NCBI GenBank assembly: GCA_963703285.1
Contig: OY969807.1
Location: 672,001-736,000, forward strand
Direction of reading: 5' to 3'
Source: an uncultured Nitrososphaerota archaeon
GTDB taxonomy: Archaea > Thermoproteota > Nitrososphaeria > Nitrososphaerales > Gagatemarchaeaceae
Length of the DNA stretch: 64,000 bases
Of the stretch, positions 57,413-64,000 are shown piece after piece. Below the pieces are notes generated by a model. That model was not told the origin of the DNA. It did no database searches and worked only from the letters and a program-made list of their open reading frames with translations. A program made the translations under genes and the position numbers. Every line of letters begins with the position of its first letter. The first letter of the stretch is position 1.

Positions 57413-58261
57413 CTAGACGGTACGCAGCAGGGTTTCTGAGCGCCAGAAGGCTAGCTGATGGGCCTCGTGCCTGGGGCGGCGCGCCCACTCTGGAAGGGAG
57501 GCGGCGCTTGCGAGCATCTCCTTGATGACCTCCTCCCTCATGGGGGCCGGCATCTCGGACATGAACTCGTAGCCTCCCTTCCGGAACCTGGCTATCCTCT
57601 CCTCAACGGTCTCCGTCACGACCACGTCGCTGACGAGCATGAGGTCGTCCGGAGGCACCCTCTCGAGTATCTCGCGCTCCCTCCTCCAGTTTCGAAAACG
57701 CCGGGAGGGGTCCCACTGCCAGCCGTACTTCTCGGCGATCTTCCTGAAACGCTCCCGCCTCTCCTCGAGGTACGTCCTCGTGGCTTCATCCAGTTGTTGG
57801 TCGGTCGGCGGGGGTCCGCCGCCCCAAAACATAGGGAACCACAGCCTGTTCTCGTTCGCCCTTCGGACGAGCGCGAAAACACCGACCCTAGCAACCCTTG
57901 CGGCCTCGACCATTACTGTGAGAGGGTCCTCGAGGAGGTGGAAGACGTGCGCCATGAGCGCCGCGTCGAAGCTCTCCTCCCTGAAGGGCATCCTCCGCCC
58001 GTCTGCGAGGACGAGGTTGGGAAGGCCCTTGGCCCTCGCCCTCTCCATCATCCGCCTGGAAATGTCAGCCCCGGTGACTTCGTATCCGGACTTGTCCAGT
58101 GGGACTGAGACCCTTCCCGTCCCGACCCCTATCTCGAGAATCGAACGGCACCGGTGCTTCGTCAGCATCTCCTCTATTCCCTTGAGGGTCTCCGCATCGA
58201 GAGCGCGCCTCGTTTCATCGTAGACGTCTGCTATGCGGTCGAACTCCACGGTGGACAACAA
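57413..58261 (-). CDS. Class I SAM-dependent methyltransferase
   Basis: FDRIADVYDETR, ILEIGVGTGR, ADISRRM, FDAA. Confidence 0.88.
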   Translation of the reverse strand: MLSTVEFDRIADVYDETRRALDAETLKGIEEMLTKHRCRSILEIGVGTGRVSVPLDKSGYEVTGADISRRMMERARAKGLPNLVLADGRRMPFREESFDAALMAHVFHLLEDPLTVMVEAARVARVGVFALVRRANENRLWFPMFWGGGPPPTDQQLDEATRTYLEERRERFRKIAEKYGWQWDPSRRFRNWRREREILERVPPDDLMLVSDVVVTETVEERIARFRKGGYEFMSEMPAPMREEVIKEMLASAASLPEWARRPRHEAHQLAFWRSETLLRTV

Positions 58262-58431
58262 AATCCCTCCGATTCGATGGCCGTCGATTCTCGCCTTATT
58301 TCGTTTGCCGTCCGAGCCGCGGCGACGAGCGGTGGATGCAGCGCAACACCTCACCAAGAGGTGGGGTAAGGCCACCGCCGAAAATCAGTTCGGCTTATAA
58401 GTTGTCGAGCGGACGGTCGGCTCGTCAGGCC

Positions 58432-59190
58432 TTGCAGAACACCCTAAGGAGGAAACTCGGGAACGGGGAGCGGACCTTCGGCGCATGGATATCGTCGGGG
58501 AGCCCGAACGCAGTCGACCTGCTGAGGAACCTTCCCTTCGACTGGTTCGTAATCGACATGGAGCACTCGCCCGTCGGCATCGAGACCGTAGGGCAGATGA
58601 TACAGGTCCTCAATGGGTCCGTCGTGACCCCGATCGTGAGGGTAGGTCAGACCGACCAGGCTCTCATCAAGGCGGTACTCGACGCAGGCGCCCACGGGGT
58701 GCTCGTTCCCCTGGTGAACTCGGCCGAGGAGGCGGAACGCGCGGTGCGTTTCTCCAAGTATCCCCCGGTAGGTGTGCGGGGTCTTGCGGCCGCCAAGGCG
58801 TCGGATTACGGGTTGAGCCTCGCCAGCTACATCAGGACGGCTAACCAGGAGACGAGCGTCATCGTCCAGATAGAGACCGCAGAGGCGCTGGAGAGGGTGT
58901 CGGAGATAGTTTCGGTCAAGGGTGTGGATATGGCGTTCGTCGGCCCCTCGGACCTCACGCTGAACTTGGGCTTGGTCGACGACAGGTCCAACCCCAAGGT
59001 CGCCGAGGCGATGGTGAAGGTCGTCAAGGCCTGCGATGATGCCGGGAAGGTGGCTGGCGTTATGGCGACGTCCCTTGATGAGGCCAGGCTAGCGGTAAAG
59101 AGGGGTTTCAGGTTCATAGCGCTGGCCAGCGACGTGAGGTACATCGCGATGGGCGCCAAGAGCTTCCTGGAGGCTGTGGGACGCGCGTAA
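58432..59190 (+). CDS. HpcH/HpaI family aldolase
   Basis: IDMEHSP, YPPVGVRG, VQIET, FVGPSDL. Confidence 0.9.
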   Translation: MQNTLRRKLGNGERTFGAWISSGSPNAVDLLRNLPFDWFVIDMEHSPVGIETVGQMIQVLNGSVVTPIVRVGQTDQALIKAVLDAGAHGVLVPLVNSAEEAERAVRFSKYPPVGVRGLAAAKASDYGLSLASYIRTANQETSVIVQIETAEALERVSEIVSVKGVDMAFVGPSDLTLNLGLVDDRSNPKVAEAMVKVVKACDDAGKVAGVMATSLDEARLAVKRGFRFIALASDVRYIAMGAKSFLEAVGRA

Positions 59191-59218
59191 TCGGTCATCG
59201 GCTTCTCCCTCCGACTGA

Positions 59219-59246
59219 CCCCGGGGGAGCCGGGGCTCCCCCGGGG
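59219..59246. terminator. Perfect 12-bp GC hairpin between convergent genes
   Basis: CCCCGGGGGAGC-cggg-GCTCCCCCGGGG. Confidence 0.45.
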
Positions 59247-59265
59247 GAGTTGGCGCCTTCGTCCC

Positions 59266-60507
59266 TCAGCGCGAGACGAAGCGCCCGAACCCTTCCAGGT
59301 CGAGCTCGACCATGGGCGGCCGGCCCCAGGCCGTGATGCTGGCCTCCGGCTGATTCGAGCCTGACCCCGTTGCGAAGAGGACGACCGACTCTTCATGCCC
59401 TACCGTCCCACTGGCGACGAGCTTTCTGAGGGCCGCCAGGGGAGCCGCGGCGGCTGGTTCTAGGTAGAGCCCCTCACGGCTAGAGAGGGTCTTCGTCGCC
59501 TCGATCAGCTCTTCGTCAGTGACCCCCACGGCGACGCCGTGCGTGTCGCGAATCGCCCTCAGGGCCTGGTCGCCGTCCGGGGTCCAGCTGTCGAGGATGC
59601 TGTGGGCCAGAGTTCGGGGGTTCTCTATGACGGGAATCTGCTCGGCCGGGAGGTCCTTCTCGTAGGCAACAACGAGGGGAGCGCAGTCCCTGCCCTGGAC
59701 ACCCACCAGGCGAGGAAAGGACTCTATGAGGCCCAGGAGCTTGAGCTCCTTGAGCCCCTTGAAGATCCCGGCGAGGTTGCCTCCTGCGCCGACCGGGACC
59801 ATCATCCAGTCCGGCAGGGCGCCGCCCATCTGCTCGAATATCTCGAAGACCGAGGTCTTCGAACCCTCCTTTACGTACGGGTTGTACCTCGAAGCCGCGG
59901 TCATGTTGACCATCCCGTAGCGCTTCGCTACATCGTCGACGAAGGTCATGAGGTCCTTGGTGGGCGCGCTCGTGCGGAAGACCTTCGCACCATAGGAGAG
60001 GAGTTTTGCGAGCTTTGCGTCCGAGATGCCCTCGATTGTGAAGATGTAGGCGGGGATTCCGGCTTTGCTCGCATAGGCGGCGACGGACGACCCGGCGTTC
60101 CCGGCTGTCATGTTGACGACCCCCGAGGCACCGAACTCCGCGGCCTTGGTCACGGCCACCGTGGACTTCCTGTCCTTGAAGGAGAGGGTCGGATTCCGGC
60201 TCTCGTCCTTCGCGTAGACCTCCTTCATGCCCAGCGCCTCGGATATCCTAGAGGTCCTTACCAGGGGTGTCGACCCCTCGCCCAGCGTCACGATTCGAGT
60301 GTCATCGTTCAGCGGAAGGAGGGGGGCATATCGCCACACTCCGCTCTTCCTTTCGTCGACAGGAATCCCCCGCTGGGCGGTCTTCAAAGCCCCGTAATCG
60401 TAGATCGCCTCGAGCGGACCCCCGCAGTTCTCGCATACCAGGTTTCGGGAGTCCGAAGGGAACTCGCACCCGTGGGGGATGCATCGCAGGATGAAGGGAG
60501 ACGCCAG
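59266..60507 (-). CDS. thrC: Threonine synthase, CTG start
   Basis: LGEGSTPL, NPTLSFKDR, PVGAGGN; N-terminal zinc ribbon LRCIPHG...CENCGGPL in frame up to CTG 60507. Confidence 0.85.
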   Translation of the reverse strand: MASPFILRCIPHGCEFPSDSRNLVCENCGGPLEAIYDYGALKTAQRGIPVDERKSGVWRYAPLLPLNDDTRIVTLGEGSTPLVRTSRISEALGMKEVYAKDESRNPTLSFKDRKSTVAVTKAAEFGASGVVNMTAGNAGSSVAAYASKAGIPAYIFTIEGISDAKLAKLLSYGAKVFRTSAPTKDLMTFVDDVAKRYGMVNMTAASRYNPYVKEGSKTSVFEIFEQMGGALPDWMMVPVGAGGNLAGIFKGLKELKLLGLIESFPRLVGVQGRDCAPLVVAYEKDLPAEQIPVIENPRTLAHSILDSWTPDGDQALRAIRDTHGVAVGVTDEELIEATKTLSSREGLYLEPAAAAPLAALRKLVASGTVGHEESVVLFATGSGSNQPEASITAWGRPPMVELDLEGFGRFVSR

Positions 60508-60546
60508 TTACTCCATCACCAGGGAGCCGCCCTCCCTCCCTTCAGG

Positions 60547-61647
60547 TCAGCGGACCTGCGTCAGCACCTGGCCCAGCGCTGCAAGCGTGAGGTCGATGTT
60601 CTCGCGCCTCGCTGACCGACCCATGTGGCCGATCCTGATCACCTTACCCTTGAGGGGCCCCAGGCCGCCGGCTATCATGATGTTGTAATCCTTGACGAGC
60701 CGCTTCCGCAGCTCCGCGTCCCACCTCTCCTCGACCCTGGCGACGCTGACGGTGCTGGAGTAGTAGGTCGGGTCCGTGAATGTCTCCAGCCCCATCGCCT
60801 TCATTCCGTCCCTCAACACCCTCGCGGCGTCGGCGTGCCTCCTGTACCTGGCTTCTAGACCCTCCTCGAGGGCCATCGAGACCGCCTTCCTGAGGGCCAC
60901 GATAAGGGAGGTGGGCATCGAGGTGGGGTGCGGGTGACCCCATGAGGAGTCGACGTCGATCGCCTCTCTCCAGGAGTTGAGGTCGAGGAACGTGCTGTGA
61001 ATTTCGCCCTTCCTTCTCTTCACGAGGTCCCAGACGTCCTTGGAGATCGAGATGGGGTCGGCTCCGTTGACTCCTCCCAGCGCCTTGCTGGAGTACCCTA
61101 TGGCGTAGTCGACGCTCCACGCGTCGGCGTTCACCTCGATACCTCCTATCGCGGAGATGGAGTCGAGGACGGTGAGCATGCCCCTGCTCTTGCAGTACCG
61201 GAAGATCTCGCCCGGGTTGACTGCGGCTCCGGTGGAGGTCTCGTTCTGGACGAGGAAGATGCTCTTCCCTGTCGGGTCCTTGATGCCGTCGACCGCAGAC
61301 TTCACCTGCTCCAGAGTGGGACCCCTCCCCAGCTCGGACTGGACCACGACGGCCCTGCCGCCGACCGCGCTGACGGAGTCGACTATCGCTTCCGAGAAGA
61401 CGCCGTTCACGCAGACCAGCGCCTCGTCGCCCCTCGTCACGAGGTTCAGCGCAGCCATCTCGACCGCGAGCTGCCCCGGAATCGGGACGATCAACACCTC
61501 GTTCCTTGTGCCGAACACCTTCTGGAGCATCGAGGTCGTCTCGTTGTACAGCGACATCCACTTGTCTCCGTAGTGTGGGAGTATCGGGAGAGAGAGCTCC
61601 GCGAGAACCTCCGGTTCCGGCTCTGAGGGTCCAGGTATCATGAGCAT
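60547..61647 (-). CDS. Class V aminotransferase (alanine-glyoxylate/serine-pyruvate type)
   Basis: MIPGP, QNETSTG, SSKALGG, IRIGHMG. Confidence 0.88.
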   Translation of the reverse strand: MLMIPGPSEPEPEVLAELSLPILPHYGDKWMSLYNETTSMLQKVFGTRNEVLIVPIPGQLAVEMAALNLVTRGDEALVCVNGVFSEAIVDSVSAVGGRAVVVQSELGRGPTLEQVKSAVDGIKDPTGKSIFLVQNETSTGAAVNPGEIFRYCKSRGMLTVLDSISAIGGIEVNADAWSVDYAIGYSSKALGGVNGADPISISKDVWDLVKRRKGEIHSTFLDLNSWREAIDVDSSWGHPHPTSMPTSLIVALRKAVSMALEEGLEARYRRHADAARVLRDGMKAMGLETFTDPTYYSSTVSVARVEERWDAELRKRLVKDYNIMIAGGLGPLKGKVIRIGHMGRSARRENIDLTLAALGQVLTQVR

Positions 61648-61744
61648 CTTAACGCACCGGTGGGGGCGACCGGCCACACCGTATTTAAGCTGCGTCGGCC
61701 GCAAGCGCCTATAACTATAAGGCAGAAGGGTTTGCGGAGCCGCG

Positions 61745-61897
61745 TTGTCCGGGGACGAAGACGGTAAGGAAGAGCGTGATGCTACCCTCGGCTGGAGGGA
61801 CTACATCGCTCTCTTCATAGCGTTTATCGAGACCATCGGTCTCCCGCTCTTGATAATGGTGGCTGTCATCCTCGTCATACTCGCCGTGGTCAGGTAG
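61745..61897 (+). CDS. Unannotated 50-aa membrane microprotein
   Basis: MSGDEDGKEERDATLGWRDYIALFIAFIETIGLPLLIMVAVILVILAVVR*; CTATAA boxes upstream. Confidence 0.6.
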   Translation: MSGDEDGKEERDATLGWRDYIALFIAFIETIGLPLLIMVAVILVILAVVR

Positions 61898-62915
61898 CTT
61901 TCACCTCGACCTTCGACCCAGTCGAGTAGTCGATGTCGTAGAGGCACTCCACGAAGTGCCCCGCCTCGACCTCGACGAAGGGAGGAAAGACCTCGGCGCA
62001 CTTGTCGGTGCTGAAGCCGCACCTGGGCTTGAACCGGCAGCCCGGCGGAATGTAGACCGGACTAGGGACGTCGCCTTCGAGGACCGCGAGGTCCTTCCTC
62101 TTGCTGGGGTCGGGCAGAGGGACCGAGGCGAGCAGCGCCTTGGTATACGGGTGCTTGGGGTTCTGGAAGAGCACGTCGGTGGGAGCTATCTCCACGACCC
62201 TTCCTAGGTACATCACGGCCGTCCTGTGGCATATCTGCCTTACGACGGCCAGGTTGTGAGAGACGAACATGTACGTCAGGTGGAACTCCGCCTGCAGCTG
62301 CTTGAGCAGGTTCAGGATCTGCGCCTGCACCGAGACGTCGAGGGAGGATGTGGGCTCGTCCAGGATCAGGAACTCGGGGTTGACGGTCAGCGCCCGGGCG
62401 ACCGCTATCCGCTGGCGCTGACCCCCAGAAAACTCGTGGGGAAAGCGCGAGAGGTGGTCCGGGTTGAGCCCGACGACCTCGATCATCTTCTCGACGGTCC
62501 GCCTCCTGTCGCCCGCCGAGATTCCTATGTGGTGAATACCCAGGGGCTCCATGAGGGCAGACCTTACGGTCTGTCTCGGGTCCAGCGAGGCGTAGGGGTC
62601 CTGGAAGACCATCTGCATCCTTCTCCTGTAGGGCCAGAGCTTTCGGCCCCTGAGGTCGGATATGTCAGTGCCGTCGAAGATGATCCTGCCCTTCGAGGGT
62701 TCGACCAGACGCAGGATGGTCCTGCTCAGAGTCGTCTTGCCGCACCCCGACTCGCCCACGACGCCGAACGTCTCGCCGCGCTTTATGCCTATCGAGACGC
62801 CGTCCACGGCCCTGACGCGGGCGACGGTGCGTCCGAGTATCCCGCCCTTAACCGGGAACCACTTGAAGAGGTCGTCCGTCCGCAGGAGGTAGTCGTCGTC
62901 TTGCAAGAGAGTCAC
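61890..62915 (-). CDS. Oligopeptide ABC transporter ATP-binding protein (OppF-like)
   Basis: GESGCGKTT, FSGGQRQR, HPYT, GCRF...C. Confidence 0.9.
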   Translation of the reverse strand: MTLLQDDDYLLRTDDLFKWFPVKGGILGRTVARVRAVDGVSIGIKRGETFGVVGESGCGKTTLSRTILRLVEPSKGRIIFDGTDISDLRGRKLWPYRRRMQMVFQDPYASLDPRQTVRSALMEPLGIHHIGISAGDRRRTVEKMIEVVGLNPDHLSRFPHEFSGGQRQRIAVARALTVNPEFLILDEPTSSLDVSVQAQILNLLKQLQAEFHLTYMFVSHNLAVVRQICHRTAVMYLGRVVEIAPTDVLFQNPKHPYTKALLASVPLPDPSKRKDLAVLEGDVPSPVYIPPGCRFKPRCGFSTDKCAEVFPPFVEVEAGHFVECLYDIDYSTGSKVEVKAT

Positions 62916-64000
62916 CCTCCGTAGAGGAAGCACTCGACGTAGTGGCCCGGGGAGGAGCGGATGAGGGGCGGCTTCTCCTGGGCGCACCTCTCGAACGCCA
63001 TCGGACAGCGAGGATGGAAGCGGCAACCCGTCGGCGGATTGAGGAGGTTAGGGACCGAGCCCCTTATCGAGGTGAGTTCTCCCCTGGTTACGTCGGGCCT
63101 CGGCACAGCCGCCAAGAGCCCCTGGGTGTAGGGATGGAGCGGGTTCTTGAACAGCTCTTCCACGTCGGCCAGTTCGACGATGTTCCCAGCGTACATCACC
63201 ACGACCCTGTCGCAGACCTCGGCGACCACCGCGAGGTCGTGCGTTATGAGTATCACGGAGGTGTCTATCTCGTCCTTCAGGATTCGGAGCAGCTTGAGGA
63301 TTTGCGCCTGGACGGTGACGTCGAGCGCCGTGGTAATCTCGTCGGCGAGTATGAGCTTGGGTCTGCGGGCCAACGCCATGGCAATCATGGCCCTCTGCTT
63401 CATCCCTCCCGAGAGCTCGAAGGGGAAGCTCTTGAAAATCCTCTCGGGTTCGGGGAGGCGGACCTGGCGGAGGATGTCCATGGCGTAGTACCTCGCAAGC
63501 CGTTTGAACTCCCTCCTGCCGAGCCTCACGTCCGGCGGGAGCGCCTTCAGCTCGTCCATCTCCTTCTTCGTCTGGGGGCTCGACAGTCCTTCGGCCTCCT
63601 GCCTCTGCAGCTGCATTAGCCGGCTGGAGATTAGCTGGTGGGTGAAGAGATGGGGCGAGGCGTCCATTATCTCGGTTATCTGGGAGCCGACCGTCAGGAC
63701 CGGGTTGAGGTAGGTAGTGGGGTCTTGGAAGACCATCGCGATTCCGCTTAGCCGCTCCGCCGTCATGTCGTTCCCCCTCAACTTCAGGAGGTCGGCGCCG
63801 TCGAGGAGAACCTCCCCGCTCACGACCTCCGCGTTCTGGGGGAGCAACCCCTCTATCGAGAGCGCGGTGACGGACTTGCCCGACCCTGATTCCCCTACCA
63901 GGCCGAGGACCTCGCCCTTCTTTACGGAGAACTCCACCCCGTCCAGAGCCTTCACATCTCCCGCATAGGTGTGGAAATCTACGCGCAGGTTCTTGACGAC
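62912..64000 (-). CDS. Oligopeptide ABC transporter ATP-binding protein (OppD-like), 5' end beyond the window
   Basis: GESGSGKSV, LSGGMKQR, HPYT, GCRFHPRC; frame open to the window edge. Confidence 0.9.
   Translation of the reverse strand, partial: VVKNLRVDFHTYAGDVKALDGVEFSVKKGEVLGLVGESGSGKSVTALSIEGLLPQNAEVVSGEVLLDGADLLKLRGNDMTAERLSGIAMVFQDPTTYLNPVLTVGSQITEIMDASPHLFTHQLISSRLMQLQRQEAEGLSSPQTKKEMDELKALPPDVRLGRREFKRLARYYAMDILRQVRLPEPERIFKSFPFELSGGMKQRAMIAMALARRPKLILADEITTALDVTVQAQILKLLRILKDEIDTSVILITHDLAVVAEVCDRVVVMYAGNIVELADVEELFKNPLHPYTQGLLAAVPRPDVTRGELTSIRGSVPNLLNPPTGCRFHPRCPMAFERCAQEKPPLIRSSPGHYVECFLYGG

Noticed and set aside
58982-58992. 11-nt match (ACAGGTCCAAC) to the predicted TnpB guide inside the aldolase gene
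   Set aside because: Short enough to occur by chance, mismatches follow immediately, and no GG-ending TAM-like sequence precedes it.
1-64000. tRNA, rRNA or CRISPR arrays
   Set aside because: No cloverleaf, rRNA-like segment or regularly spaced repeat was recognised by eye in the intergenic gaps; a tRNAscan-SE/Infernal run would be needed to exclude them.

Overview
GC-rich archaeal chromosomal segment. The gene content (thermopsin, membrane-anchored blue copper protein with a Vgb-type propeller, F420 cofCDE, coxMS, aspS-gatCAB, many TTG starts) fits a non-ammonia-oxidising Nitrososphaeria/Thaumarchaeota lineage; this is inference, not a database result. Most of the window is housekeeping or catabolic: Moco biosynthesis (moaA/B/C/D/E, moeA, mocA, xdhC), F420 biosynthesis, tRNA-dependent amidation, Tat, ABC transporters, LutBC-like proteins and thrC. 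Accessory or unusual elements: (1) a 1,665-bp, visibly AT-richer islet inserted in the last codons of aspS, which leaves a recoded duplicate of the aspS 3' end (DKLRLVP* vs DRLRLVP*) and carries an unannotated 48-aa peptide gene coupled to an SDH/ClpP-fold serine protease, with no integrase; (2) a decayed IS607 element (frameshifted tnpA, TnpB with Asn at the expected RuvC-III Asp) flanked by the 3' halves of two different outward-facing genes; (3) three diverged paralogous pilin-like surface proteins within 4.2 kb; (4) a TA-like RHH/DUF5678-like gene plus aspartyl protease behind two perfect palindromes; (5) a wHTH-Hsp20-like-HExxH operon with a symmetric operator; (6) several genes that appear to need CTG or ATA starts; (7) four single-base frameshifts in conserved genes that are probably read errors. 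I recognised no tRNA, rRNA or CRISPR array. All family assignments come from motif recognition by eye.
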